From Caenispirillum bisanense (GTDB lineage: Bacteria > Pseudomonadota > Alphaproteobacteria > Rhodospirillales > UBA2165): a DNA stretch of 64,000 bases. Of the stretch, positions 20,012-29,844 are shown piece by piece. The notes under the pieces are model-generated. The model saw only the letters and a list, made by a program, of their open reading frames with translations, was not told where the DNA came from and ran no database searches. Position numbers and translations under genes: made by a program. Location of the stretch: contig CAMDWJ010000019.1 of the NCBI GenBank assembly GCA_945877815.1, positions 8,596 to 72,595 on the forward strand. Reading direction: 5' to 3'. The first letter of the stretch is position 1. Each line of letters begins with the position of its first letter.

Positions 20012-20628
20012 TCGAGCCGAACGAAGACGAGATCAACGCCGCCGCGAATGCGAAACGACGCAAGCACAAGGAAGCGAAGGACCGCATCCTGGCCACCAAG
20101 ACCCGCGAGGGCGGATTGATTGCGGTCCATACCGGCAAGGGCAAGGGCAAGACCACCGCCGGCATGGGTCTCGTCCTGCGCTTCCTCGGCCACGGTAAAC
20201 GCGTCGGCATCGTGCAGTTCGTCAAAGGTAAATGGGAAACAGGCGAGCGTACGTTGCTTGAAAAGCTCGGCGGCGATCAGCTGAGCATTACAGCTATGGG
20301 CGAGGGCTTCACCTGGGAAACCCAGGATCGCGCCCGCGACATCAAGGCCGCCGAGACGGCTTGGACGCGCGCCAAGGAAATGATCGCCGATCCGAGCATC
20401 GATCTCGTGCTGCTCGACGAGATCAACATCGTGCTGCGCAACGATTACATCGATATCGCCGACGTTGTCGCGACCCTGACGGCCAAACCCGCCGGGCAAC
20501 ACATCGTCTGCACCGGTCGCAATGCCAAGCCTGAATTAATCGAGGCCGCCGATCTGGTCACCGAGATGACCGAGATCAAGCATCATTTCCGCGCCGGCTA
20601 TAAGGCCCAGATCGGGATGGAATTCTGA
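20008..20628 (+). CDS. cobO: Cob(I)yrinic acid a,c-diamide adenosyltransferase
   Basis: HTGKGKGKTTAGMG P-loop, LDEIN and KHHF motifs. ATGA overlap with cobN. Confidence 0.9.
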   Translation: MIEPNEDEINAAANAKRRKHKEAKDRILATKTREGGLIAVHTGKGKGKTTAGMGLVLRFLGHGKRVGIVQFVKGKWETGERTLLEKLGGDQLSITAMGEGFTWETQDRARDIKAAETAWTRAKEMIADPSIDLVLLDEINIVLRNDYIDIADVVATLTAKPAGQHIVCTGRNAKPELIEAADLVTEMTEIKHHFRAGYKAQIGMEF

Positions 20629-20631
20629 TCA

Positions 20632-22104
20632 ATGACCGTACACGCCCTCATGATCCAGGGCACCGGCTCGGATGTCGGTAAATCGGTGATCGTCGCCGGA
20701 TTGTGCCGCGCGTTGACGCGGCGCGGATACCGCGTACGCCCGTTCAAGCCGCAAAACATGTCGAACAATGCCGCCGTGACCGCCGACGGCGGCGAAATCG
20801 GCCGCGCCCAGGCCCTGCAGGCATTGGCCTGCGGCATCGCACCCACAGTTCACATGAACCCTATTCTGCTCAAGCCTCAATCCGATGTCGGCGCGCAATT
20901 GGTGATCCAGGGCAAGGTCGCCGGCAATTTCCGCGCGCGCGAGTACCATGCAAAAAAACCCGAACTCCTGGCCATCGTCCTCGATAGTTTTGCAACAGTG
21001 AGCGAGGGGGCGGATTTCGTGTTGGTCGAAGGGGCGGGCAGTCCCGCCGAAATCAACCTGCGCGCCGGCGATATCGCCAATATGGGATTCGCCGAGGCTG
21101 CCGAGGTGCCGGTTATCCTGGTCGCCGATATCGAGCGCGGCGGCGTAATCGCCAGCCTGATCGGCACCTGGGCCTTGTTGAGCGAGCGCGAACGCGCGCT
21201 GACCAAAGGCTTCATCGTCAATAAATTTCGCGGCGACGTGTCTCTGTTCAACGAAGGTGTCACCGAGATCGCAACCCGAACCGGCATGGCCTCCTTCGGC
21301 GTGCTGCCGCATCTACCAAGCGTCATCCGTCTGCCGCAAGAAGACACGATGGGATTGTCGGGGGCTGGGAACGTTACTGCAGACGCCGTAGTCCGCATCG
21401 CGATCCCCCGCATTCCGCACATCTCGAATTTCGACGATTTCGATCCGTTGGCCGCCGAACCCCGCGTGTCGCTCCGCTTCATCCAACCGGGACAGGCTTT
21501 GCCGGGCGATGCCGATCTCATCATCCTACCGGGATCGAAGACCACGCTCGCCGATCTCGCGGCCTTGCGCGCCGAGGGCTGGGACATCGACCTCGCCGCC
21601 CATGTGCGCCGCGGCGGCGCCGTGTTGGGAATCTGCGGCGGCTATCAGATGCTGGGCACGACGGTGGCCGATCCGTTTGGCATTGAGGGTGCGCCGGGAC
21701 AAGCCGCCGGCCTTGGCCTGCTCGATGTCGCAACCGAACTGAGCCCGCGCAAGACCCTTGTCCATATCGAGGGGACGGAGGTCGCGAGCGGCTTTCCGGT
21801 CGCCGGATACGAAATGCATATGGGCCTGACAGAAGGGCCTGACTGCGCCCGCCCCATGTTGCGCATGGAGGGCAAGCACGACGGCGCTGTTTCGTCGAAC
21901 GGCCGGGTCATGGGCTGTTATCTCCATGGGCTCTTTTTCAAGGACGCCTTCCGAAAGGCATTTCTCGCGCGGCTCAAGACTGAGTTCGAAAGTTCGCTCG
22001 ATTACGGCGCAACGGTTGAGGATGCCCTCGACGGGCTCGCCGATGCCATCGAAGTGCATCTCGATGTCGAGGGGCTTATCGCGACAACGAAAGCCATAGG
22101 ATGA
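20632..22104 (+). CDS. cobQ: Cobyric acid synthase
   Basis: [10 protein letters not shown]-terminal ATPase domain and a C-terminal glutamine amidotransferase domain [14 protein letters not shown]. Confidence 0.92.
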   Translation: MTVHALMIQGTGSDVGKSVIVAGLCRALTRRGYRVRPFKPQNMSNNAAVTADGGEIGRAQALQALACGIAPTVHMNPILLKPQSDVGAQLVIQGKVAGNFRAREYHAKKPELLAIVLDSFATVSEGADFVLVEGAGSPAEINLRAGDIANMGFAEAAEVPVILVADIERGGVIASLIGTWALLSERERALTKGFIVNKFRGDVSLFNEGVTEIATRTGMASFGVLPHLPSVIRLPQEDTMGLSGAGNVTADAVVRIAIPRIPHISNFDDFDPLAAEPRVSLRFIQPGQALPGDADLIILPGSKTTLADLAALRAEGWDIDLAAHVRRGGAVLGICGGYQMLGTTVADPFGIEGAPGQAAGLGLLDVATELSPRKTLVHIEGTEVASGFPVAGYEMHMGLTEGPDCARPMLRMEGKHDGAVSSNGRVMGCYLHGLFFKDAFRKAFLARLKTEFESSLDYGATVEDALDGLADAIEVHLDVEGLIATTKAIG

Positions 22105-23050
22105 GCAGCAGCATCCCCACCAGAATAAAGGTGGCGAGCGCGAGCTTCCCGGCCGCCGTCATATCGCCGACAGTTGCTTCGGTGCGGCCGTCGCCCATCC
22201 ACGGCGCATCGTCGCGGGCACCGTCATAGACGCGCGGGCCCCCGAGACGCAGACCGAGCGCGCCTGCGGCGGCAGCCTCGGGAAAGCCGGCATTGGGCGA
22301 GGCATGTTTGCGCGCATCGCGGCGCAGAACCGCGAATGCGCCGCGCACCGAAGCCTCCGGCGTGAAATGGGCCGCGATGCAAATCAATACGCCGGTCAGC
22401 CGCGCCGGGATGAGATTGAGAAGATCGTCGAGCCGCGCCGAAGCCCAGCCGAATTCTTCGTAGCGTTCGTCGCGATGGCCGATCATGCTGTCGGCGGTGT
22501 TGACCGCCTTGTAGATCAAAATCCCCGGCAAACCGAACAGGGCCGCCCAGAAGATCGGCGCCACCACGCCGTCCGACGCATTTTCGGCCAGCGACTCGAT
22601 CGACGCGCGGGCAATGCCGGCGTCGTCCAGCACGCTCACATCGCGCCCGACGATTTGCGCCAAGGCGTGCCGCGCGCCATCCGTTTCTCCGCGCAGGAGC
22701 GGAGCGGCAATCGCTTGGAAATGCTGCAACAAGCTGCGTTGCGCGATCAGGATGGACATGAGGACTGCTTCGACCAGCGCACCCCAGGCATAGGGTGCCA
22801 GCAATACCGTGATCGCAACGCCAATCGCGCCGGCGACAACGACGACAACCATCGCCGTCGCGATCCCTTTGACACGCAGGGCGGCGCCATGATTGAGGTT
22901 GCGGTCGAGTGCAGCGATCAACCGGCCGATGAGTGCGGCCGGATGGGGCAGGCGACGCCAGACGAAGGCGGGATCGCCGACCACAGCGTCGATCAATACT
23001 GCCGCCAAGGTCACGCCCAGCGTGTAGGCCAGTGTGTAGGAGAGAGGCAC
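22076..23050 (-). CDS. cbiB: Adenosylcobinamide-phosphate synthase (CbiB; CobD in Pseudomonas nomenclature)
   Basis: Polytopic membrane protein with [12 protein letters not shown]-terminus and SPNAG motif. Its 3' end overlaps cobQ by 29 nt. Confidence 0.88.
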   Translation of the reverse strand: MPLSYTLAYTLGVTLAAVLIDAVVGDPAFVWRRLPHPAALIGRLIAALDRNLNHGAALRVKGIATAMVVVVVAGAIGVAITVLLAPYAWGALVEAVLMSILIAQRSLLQHFQAIAAPLLRGETDGARHALAQIVGRDVSVLDDAGIARASIESLAENASDGVVAPIFWAALFGLPGILIYKAVNTADSMIGHRDERYEEFGWASARLDDLLNLIPARLTGVLICIAAHFTPEASVRGAFAVLRRDARKHASPNAGFPEAAAAGALGLRLGGPRVYDGARDDAPWMGDGRTEATVGDMTAAGKLALATFILVGMLLLILWLSLSR

Positions 23051-23114
23051 GGGCGTTTCCTTGCCTTTAATCGAAGGGGCCCATCATTTACCATATTCTC
23101 CGCGAGGAGAAGAC

Positions 23115-24020
23115 ATGCCTGATATCGGCGTTTTGATCTGTGGCCATGGCAGCCGCGATGCGGCCGGCACGCGCGAGGTGGCGAACCTCGCGGCCAAGGT
23201 CGCACGTCGGTTTCCCCATTGGCCGCTCGATCACGGCTTCCTTGAATTCGCCGAACCATCCTTGCACGAAGGTCTTGCGAAGCTTCAATCGCAAGGCGTG
23301 ACCACAATCGTGGCCGCGCCCAACATGCTGTTCGAGGCCCGCCACGCCAAAACCGATATTCCCGCCGTCCTCGACGCCTTTGCACGCGACCATGCGCGAG
23401 ACGGCGTCTCGATCATTTATGGACGCGCCCTCGGCTTCGATCCCAAGATGCTGCGCGCCGCTGCCGATCGCATCGAAGAGGCGGAGCTTGCCGCCGGTGC
23501 CCATATCGGCCGATCCGAAACGCTGCTGATGGTCGCCGGGCGCGGCACCAGCGATGCCGAGTCCAATGCCGATATCGCGAAACTATCGAGCCTGTTGTGC
23601 GACGGTATGAAATTCGGCGGGGGCGGAACCTGCTATTCCGGCGTCGCCGAACCGATGACTGAAACCGCATTGCGCGAGGCGGCGAAGCTCGGCTATCGGC
23701 GTATCGTCGTCATGCCCTATTTCCTGTTCACCGGCGCGCTGGTCGAACGGGTCTATGCCGGCGTGGACGCGGCTGCGGCGCATTATCCCGAAATCGAATT
23801 CGTGCAGGCGACTTATCTCAACGATCATCCCCTGGTCATCGAAACGCTCTCCGAACGCATCATCGAAGCTATCGAAAGGCCGCGCGCCCAACAGAGTCAT
23901 CGCCACGATCACGACGAGACATGCGACGAGGAATGGCACAACCATGCGCCCGCGCAAGGCGAGGCGAACGACGAGGCCTTTTCCCTGGCACCGCGCCGTG
24001 TTGCCGGAGGGAATCCTTGA
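23115..24020 (+). CDS. cbiX: CbiX-type (long-form, two-domain) sirohydrochlorin chelatase with His-rich C-terminal tail
   Basis: In-frame ATG at 23115 with GAGGAGA upstream. Duplicated class-II chelatase halves (ICGHGSRD.. and VAGRGTSD..). Tail QQSHRHDHDETCDEEWHNH. The stop overlaps the cobL ATG by 1 nt. Confidence 0.75.
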   Translation: MPDIGVLICGHGSRDAAGTREVANLAAKVARRFPHWPLDHGFLEFAEPSLHEGLAKLQSQGVTTIVAAPNMLFEARHAKTDIPAVLDAFARDHARDGVSIIYGRALGFDPKMLRAAADRIEEAELAAGAHIGRSETLLMVAGRGTSDAESNADIAKLSSLLCDGMKFGGGGTCYSGVAEPMTETALREAAKLGYRRIVVMPYFLFTGALVERVYAGVDAAAAHYPEIEFVQATYLNDHPLVIETLSERIIEAIERPRAQQSHRHDHDETCDEEWHNHAPAQGEANDEAFSLAPRRVAGGNP

Positions 24021-25243
24021 TGGATGGTGCTCGAACCGTTCCTCCGTGGCTCACCGTCGTCGGGATAGGCGAGGACGGAACGGCCGGACTGAGCCCCATC
24101 GCGCGCGCAGCGATCGACGACGCCGAAATCCTGGTTGGCGGCGCTCGCCATCTCGCGATGATTCCCGACGACGGACGCAGACGCATCGCCTGGGCCTCGC
24201 CGATGGAGCGCACCGTCGCGGAGCTGGCCAGCCTCGCCGGGAAAAGAGTGACGATTGTTGCGACCGGCGATCCTATGTGGTTCGGGATTGGTGCCACCCT
24301 CCGCCGTACCTTCGCCGCCGATGCCATGCGCGTCATCCCATCGCCCTCGGCCTTTTCGCTGGCCGCTGCGCGCATGGGCTGGCCCATCGCTGATGTCGAG
24401 TGCCTGACCGTCCACGGCCGTCCGCTCGAACGCATCCGCGCCTTCGCCCATCCCGGACGGAGGCTGTTGGTCCTGTCACACGACGGCGCGACACCGCTAC
24501 GCGCCGCTGCGATGCTGAACGAAATGGGCTTCGGCGCGAGCACCCTGACCGCGCTGTCGCATTTGGGCGGTACTCAGGAAGATATCGTCTCCGCGCCGGC
24601 CGCCGAGTGGGGCAACCGCACCGTCGCCGATCTCAATACTCTCGCCATCGCGTGCGTCGCCGCACCGGGTGCGAAAATTTTCGCGCGCGTTCCGGGCTTG
24701 CCCGACGATGCCTTCCGCCACGACGGGCAACTCACCAAACGCGAGGTCCGCGCCATCACGCTCGCGGCCTTGGCACCCTTGCCGAGCGAGCATCTGTGGG
24801 ACATCGGGGCGGGCTGCGGCTCCATCGCCATTGAATGGCTGCGGTCCGGCCCGGCAATGCGCGCCAGCGCGGTCGAGCAAAATACGAGCCGCGCGGCCAT
24901 TATTGTCGAAAACGCCCTGGCGCTCGGCGTGCCCGACCTCGCCGTCGTGCAGGGACCGGCGCCGGACGCACTCGCAGGCCTCGCACGTCCCGACGCCGTC
25001 TTCATCGGCGGCGGCATCAGTAATCCGAAATTGCTGGAGACATCCTGGTCGGCGCTGCCGTCCGGCGGTCGCCTTGTCGCCAATGCCGTGACCCTGGAGG
25101 GCGAGGGGGCCTTGATCGCAGCACGCCAAACCCACGGCGGCGATCTGGTGCGATTGGAGGTTTCGCACACCGAACCCATCGGCCGCTTCACCTCGTGGAG
25201 GCCGAAACTCGCCGTCACGCAATGGCGCGCGGTTAAGCCGTGA
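24020..25243 (+). CDS. cobL: Precorrin-6Y C5,15-methyltransferase (decarboxylating), CbiE+CbiT fusion type
   Basis: In-frame ATG at 24020 of ORF 23921..25243. N-terminal tetrapyrrole methylase domain (VVGIGEDG..GDPMWFG) and a C-terminal SAM-MTase domain (WDIGAGCGSIAIEW). Confidence 0.88.
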   Translation: MDGARTVPPWLTVVGIGEDGTAGLSPIARAAIDDAEILVGGARHLAMIPDDGRRRIAWASPMERTVAELASLAGKRVTIVATGDPMWFGIGATLRRTFAADAMRVIPSPSAFSLAAARMGWPIADVECLTVHGRPLERIRAFAHPGRRLLVLSHDGATPLRAAAMLNEMGFGASTLTALSHLGGTQEDIVSAPAAEWGNRTVADLNTLAIACVAAPGAKIFARVPGLPDDAFRHDGQLTKREVRAITLAALAPLPSEHLWDIGAGCGSIAIEWLRSGPAMRASAVEQNTSRAAIIVENALALGVPDLAVVQGPAPDALAGLARPDAVFIGGGISNPKLLETSWSALPSGGRLVANAVTLEGEGALIAARQTHGGDLVRLEVSHTEPIGRFTSWRPKLAVTQWRAVKP

Positions 25244-25665
25244 GTGGCGCCAAGACCATCGCGCTCGGCATCGGCTGCGACCGCAAGGCCGACGAGAAAG
25301 AACTCAAAAAACTGGTGCGCGACGTGCTCAAGGCCAACAACATCGATCCGTCCGAAATCATGTGTGTCGCGACCATCGAAAGCAAAAAGCACGAACCCGC
25401 CATCCATGCGGTGTCGCGCGAGCTTGGCGCATCGATCCGATTGTTCACCGCCGAGGCCTTGAACCGCGAGGGCCCGCGCATCGCCAGTATCTCGGATATC
25501 GCGCAAAGCGCCGTAGGGACGCCGAGCGTGTCGGAGGCCGCCGCCCTTGCCGCCGCCGGGGTGGAAGCTTCGCTGCTGGTGACCAAGCAAAAGAGCGCGC
25601 ATTGCACGGTCGCCTTGGCCGGACGCGCGCCGGCCGATCGCGACACCAAAGGGGCGCGGCGGTGA
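25240..25665 (+). CDS. cobE: CobE / CbiG C-terminal-domain protein
   Basis: A 141-aa protein with IALGIGC..., TIESKKHEPAI and GTPSVSEAAALAAAG blocks typical of the CbiG_C/CobE family. GTGA overlaps on both sides. Confidence 0.75.
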   Translation: MSGAKTIALGIGCDRKADEKELKKLVRDVLKANNIDPSEIMCVATIESKKHEPAIHAVSRELGASIRLFTAEALNREGPRIASISDIAQSAVGTPSVSEAAALAAAGVEASLLVTKQKSAHCTVALAGRAPADRDTKGARR

Positions 25666-26417
25666 CGGTTCATTTCATCGGCGCCGGGCCGGGCGCGCCA
25701 GATCTGATTACGGTGCGCGGGCTGCGGCTGATCGAACGCTGCCCGGTTTGCCTCTATGCAGGTTCCTTGGTGCCGCGCGAGATCGTGGCCGCCGCGCCCA
25801 AGGATGCCGAGGTGATCGATACGGCTTCGCTGCATCTCGACGAGATCGTCGCCAAGATGGAAGAGGCGCATAGGGCGGGCAAGGATGTCGCGCGCGTGCA
25901 TTCCGGCGATCCTTCGATCTACGGCGCCATCGGCGAACAGATGCGACGGCTCGATGCACTCGGTATACCTTACGACGTGACGCCGGGCGTGCCGGCCTTC
26001 GCCGCCGCCGCCGCCGGATTGAAAGCGGAACTCACCTTGCCCGGCGTGTCACAAACCGTTGTGCTGACCCGCACCCAGGGCAATGCCTCGCCGATGCCCA
26101 AGGGCGAGGAGCTTGAAACCCTCGCGGCCTCGGGGGCCACCCTCGTCCTCCACCTATCGGCGAAGAACCTCGCGAAAATCGTGGCAACCCTCGCGCCGGT
26201 CTACGGCGCCGACTGCCCGGCCATCGTCGTCTTCCGCGCGAGCTGGCCGGACGAGCAAATGGTGAGCGGCACGCTCGCCGATATCGAAGGCAAGCTCGCA
26301 GGCACCGACATCAAACGCACCGCCTTGATCTTCGTCGGGCGCGTTTTCGGCGCGGACGGCTTCACCGACAGCCGCCTCTATCACGTCGATCACCGCCACA
26401 TCCACCGGCGCGGCTAA
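25662..26417 (+). CDS. cobM: Precorrin-4 C11-methyltransferase
   Basis: GTG 25662 in frame within ORF 25362..26417. VHFIGAGPGAPDLITVRG and SGDPSIYGA motifs. Confidence 0.9.
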   Translation: MTVHFIGAGPGAPDLITVRGLRLIERCPVCLYAGSLVPREIVAAAPKDAEVIDTASLHLDEIVAKMEEAHRAGKDVARVHSGDPSIYGAIGEQMRRLDALGIPYDVTPGVPAFAAAAAGLKAELTLPGVSQTVVLTRTQGNASPMPKGEELETLAASGATLVLHLSAKNLAKIVATLAPVYGADCPAIVVFRASWPDEQMVSGTLADIEGKLAGTDIKRTALIFVGRVFGADGFTDSRLYHVDHRHIHRRG

Positions 26418-27502
26418 CCACCCGCGAAGGGCGCGCGGCCGACGATTTCGGCGCCGCGATCGCACACGATGATCTCGACATCCGTTTGCGCGCTCACCTC
26501 GGCGCGCACGCGAAGCGCGCATTCGCGTGCGACGGCATCGCCGATGCGAACCCCGGCTGCCTCGGCGATCTGAAGTACGTGTAAGCCCGTCTCGGCCTGC
26601 GCGATCTTGGCAGCAAGCTCAGGATCGTCCACCAGTGTCGCCAGAAACGCCGGATCGACCTGCGAACGTTTGGAATGCAGATCCATGTGACCGGCCGCGA
26701 GCTTGGACAATTTGGCGAAACCGCCGGCGAGGGTGAGGCGCGCCACCGGCTTGCGGCGGAGATATTTGACCGTGCCGCCGACGAAATCGCCCATATCGAT
26801 GATCGCGCTGTCGTCCATGCCGTAAAGCGCTTGGACCATCTTTTCCGAGGTCGAGCCGGTGCAGGCGGCGATGTGGGTCAATCCGGCGGCGCGCGCCACA
26901 TCGATGCCTTGATGGATCGAGGCGATCCAGGCCGAACAGGAATAGGGAATGACGATCCCGGTCGTGCCCAGGATGGAAATGCCGCCGAGAATGCCGAGCC
27001 GCCCATTCCAGGTGTGCTTGGCGAGCTTGGCGCCGTCATCGACCGAAATGGTGATCCGGCAATCGGGATGGGTCGCAAGGGCCGCCGCCGCTTCGGCGAT
27101 ATTGTCGTGCATCATGCGGCGCGGTCCGGGATTGATCGCGGGCTCACCGACATCGAGCGGCAAGCCGGGCTTGGTCACGGTGCCGACGCCGTCGCCGGCC
27201 ACGAACAGGATGCCGCTGCCTGGGGCCAAGCGCTCGACATGCGCGCGGATCACCGCGCCATGGGTCACGTCCGGATCGTCGCCCGCATCCTTGACGATGG
27301 CGGCCTCGGCGGTGGCGCCGTCGATCTTGTGTTGATCGAGGGCGAAACCGACCCGCTGACCCTTGGGCAACAGGATTTCGACGGGATCGGGGAATTCGCC
27401 GGTCGCGAGTGCCGTGAACGCCGCGCGCGCGGCGGCCGTGGCGCAGGCACCGGTGGTCCAGCCGCGTTTCAGTTCGCCCGATGTCCGGTTGCTTTCGCTC
27501 AT
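26414..27502 (-). CDS. cbiD: CbiD-type precorrin-5B C1-methyltransferase
   Basis: LKRGWTTGACATAAARAA N-terminus and the CbiD body. Convergent 4-nt overlap with cobM. Confidence 0.88.
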   Translation of the reverse strand: MSESNRTSGELKRGWTTGACATAAARAAFTALATGEFPDPVEILLPKGQRVGFALDQHKIDGATAEAAIVKDAGDDPDVTHGAVIRAHVERLAPGSGILFVAGDGVGTVTKPGLPLDVGEPAINPGPRRMMHDNIAEAAAALATHPDCRITISVDDGAKLAKHTWNGRLGILGGISILGTTGIVIPYSCSAWIASIHQGIDVARAAGLTHIAACTGSTSEKMVQALYGMDDSAIIDMGDFVGGTVKYLRRKPVARLTLAGGFAKLSKLAAGHMDLHSKRSQVDPAFLATLVDDPELAAKIAQAETGLHVLQIAEAAGVRIGDAVARECALRVRAEVSAQTDVEIIVCDRGAEIVGRAPFAGG

Positions 27503-27528
27503 GGCCCAACCGTTGTAATACGGGTCCC

Positions 27529-28857
27529 ATGAGCGAAAAAGCGCCTTCGGGCCAAGTGTCTGGTCTCATTGTCGCCGCACCGTCGTCGGGGAGCGGCAAA
27601 ACCGTCCTAACCCTCGGGCTTCTGCGCGCGCTGCGCAATCGGGGCGTGCGGGTGTCCTCGCTTAAGATCGGACCGGACTATATCGATCCGGCCTATCACG
27701 CGGCGGCGACCGGTCGGCCGACCGCCAATCTCGACCTCTGGGGGATGCGGCCTTCGACCGTCGCGGGGCTCGTCGATTTCGCCGGACGAGGCGCCGATCT
27801 CGTCCTGGCCGAGGGCGTCATGGGCCTGTTCGACGGTGCCGCCGACGGCAGCGGCAGTACGGCGGATGCCGCGGCACTGACCGGGTGGCCGGTATTGCTG
27901 ATCGTCGATGTGCGCGGGCAGGGGGCATCGGCCGCTGCTGTGGTGCGCGGATTTCGCGATCATCGCCCTGACGTGACCATCGCCGGAATCATCTTCAACC
28001 GAGGCGGAGGAGATAAGCACCGCACGATCCTGACGAACGCGATGCAAGGAATCGACATTCCGATCCTCGGCTTCTTGCCCCGCGATCCGACCCTGGCCGT
28101 CGACAGCCGGCATCTCGGGCTCCGGCAAGCCGGCGAGCACAACGACCTGGACGGCTGGATCGAGGCCTCGTCGCGGATCGTCGCGGCCCATGTCGATATC
28201 GCCCGGATCGAACAGCTCGCGCGGCCGGGACGGAGTCTTCCCGGTCTCTCGAACGATACCGTACCGCCGCTCGGCGCCCGGATCGCCGTCGCCCGCGACG
28301 AGGCATTCGCCTTTTCCTACCCTCATCTTTTAACCGGCTGGGAAGAGCAGGGGGCGCGGCTTTCGTTCTTCTCGCCGCTGGCCGACGAGGGGCCGGTCGA
28401 GATAGCCGATGCCGTCTATCTGCCCGGCGGCTATCCCGAACTTCATGTCGGCCGGATCGCCGGCAATACCCGGTTCCTAAGCGGATTGCGCGCGGCCGCC
28501 GGCCGTAAAGCCGCCGTCTATGGCGAATGCGGAGGCTATATGGTTCTGGGACGCGCGCTCACCGACGCCGACGGCAAGGCCCACGCGATGGCTGGGCTTT
28601 TGCCGCTCGACTCATCTTTTGCGGCACCCCGGCTTCATCTCGGCTATCGCCGCCTTACGCTGGCAACCGATTGCGCGCTGGGCGTGCACGGTGCTGAGTT
28701 TCGCGGTCACGAATTCCACTATGCCTCTGGATCGGCGGACGGCGCCGCAGAACCACTGTTCCAGGCTTCCGATGCCCAAGGTAAATCCCTGGCCGCCATG
28801 GGTTGCCGCGTCGGATCCGTCAGCGGATCTTTCGCTCACCTGCTCGATCGCGCATAA
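27529..28857 (+). CDS. cobB: (Hydrogeno)cobyrinic acid a,c-diamide synthase
   Basis: In-frame ATG at 27529. SGSGKTVLTLGLLRAL ATPase domain and an amidotransferase domain YGECGGYMVLG. Confidence 0.9.
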   Translation: MSEKAPSGQVSGLIVAAPSSGSGKTVLTLGLLRALRNRGVRVSSLKIGPDYIDPAYHAAATGRPTANLDLWGMRPSTVAGLVDFAGRGADLVLAEGVMGLFDGAADGSGSTADAAALTGWPVLLIVDVRGQGASAAAVVRGFRDHRPDVTIAGIIFNRGGGDKHRTILTNAMQGIDIPILGFLPRDPTLAVDSRHLGLRQAGEHNDLDGWIEASSRIVAAHVDIARIEQLARPGRSLPGLSNDTVPPLGARIAVARDEAFAFSYPHLLTGWEEQGARLSFFSPLADEGPVEIADAVYLPGGYPELHVGRIAGNTRFLSGLRAAAGRKAAVYGECGGYMVLGRALTDADGKAHAMAGLLPLDSSFAAPRLHLGYRRLTLATDCALGVHGAEFRGHEFHYASGSADGAAEPLFQASDAQGKSLAAMGCRVGSVSGSFAHLLDRA

Positions 28858-29816
28858 CCGGTCAGCGCCGAGTCCAGCCGCGCGAGATCGCTCTTCGATC
28901 CGGGCAGGCCGAACCTGAGCCACGTAGGCCGATCGGCAAAGCCACGCACCAGGATTCCGGCCCGGCCGAGATGATCGTGGATCGACCGAGCGGCCGGCAA
29001 GGCGACTAGGCGAAACAAATCGGTTCCCCCAAGGATTTCAAACCCGGCCGCCGCCAGGACCCGGTCCAGATCCTGCCGGGCTTCCAACAGGCGCTTTCGG
29101 GTCGCGACGATCCAGGCTTCGTCGCCCAAGGCGCGCGCGCCGATCTCCAGCGCCGGCCCTGACACCGCCCAAGGTCCCAATTCTTCGAGCAATTTCAGCG
29201 CAAAAGCAGCCGAACTGACGCAGAATCCGAGGCGCAAACCGGCCAGTCCGAAGAACTTGCCAAAGGATTTGAGTACGATGACCCGGCCGCCCGGGGTCGA
29301 AGCGACGGCGCTGGTTTCAGGGACGACATCGCCGAAAGCCTCGTCGACGATGACGGTCCCGGCTTCGGGCAGGCCCGTCATGATCCGACCGTCCGGATTG
29401 TTCGGATTGACCACCACGGCAATATCGGCGAGGCCACCGGTAATAATCGTTCGCCCGGCACGGCGCCACGCCAATTCATGCTCGCTATAGGTCGGACGAG
29501 CGATCGCGACCGTCGCCCCGGAGAGAAGACGCGGCAGAACTTGAATGAACTGCTGGGTCCCAGCCGCCGCCGTGATTACCGCACCCTGCGGCACTCGGTA
29601 ATAGCTTCGCGCCCCGACAATGAGGCGCTCTAGCGCAGCTGAAGATGGCAGAAGATGCAAGACATCCGATGCCACATCGACATTCAGGTAGGGAAACGGG
29701 TTGATCCCGGTGGACAGGTCGAGCCAGCCCGGCGCGGGTGGGGCTCCGAAACGCCTTTCGGCGGCAGCCAAATCGCCGCCATGTCCATCGAATTCGGTGG
29801 TGTCGCTGCTGTCCAT
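28836..29816 (-). CDS. cobD: Threonine-phosphate decarboxylase, class I/II aminotransferase fold (CobD in Salmonella, CobC in Pseudomonas nomenclature)
   Basis: HGGDL N-terminus, NPNNPDG, and a PLP-lysine region LKSFGKFFGLAGLRLG. Its 3' end overlaps cobB by 22 nt. Confidence 0.85.
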   Translation of the reverse strand: MDSSDTTEFDGHGGDLAAAERRFGAPPAPGWLDLSTGINPFPYLNVDVASDVLHLLPSSAALERLIVGARSYYRVPQGAVITAAAGTQQFIQVLPRLLSGATVAIARPTYSEHELAWRRAGRTIITGGLADIAVVVNPNNPDGRIMTGLPEAGTVIVDEAFGDVVPETSAVASTPGGRVIVLKSFGKFFGLAGLRLGFCVSSAAFALKLLEELGPWAVSGPALEIGARALGDEAWIVATRKRLLEARQDLDRVLAAAGFEILGGTDLFRLVALPAARSIHDHLGRAGILVRGFADRPTWLRFGLPGSKSDLARLDSALTGYARSSR

Positions 29817-29844
29817 ATGGGGGCAAGTCTTATATGGTCGGGCG

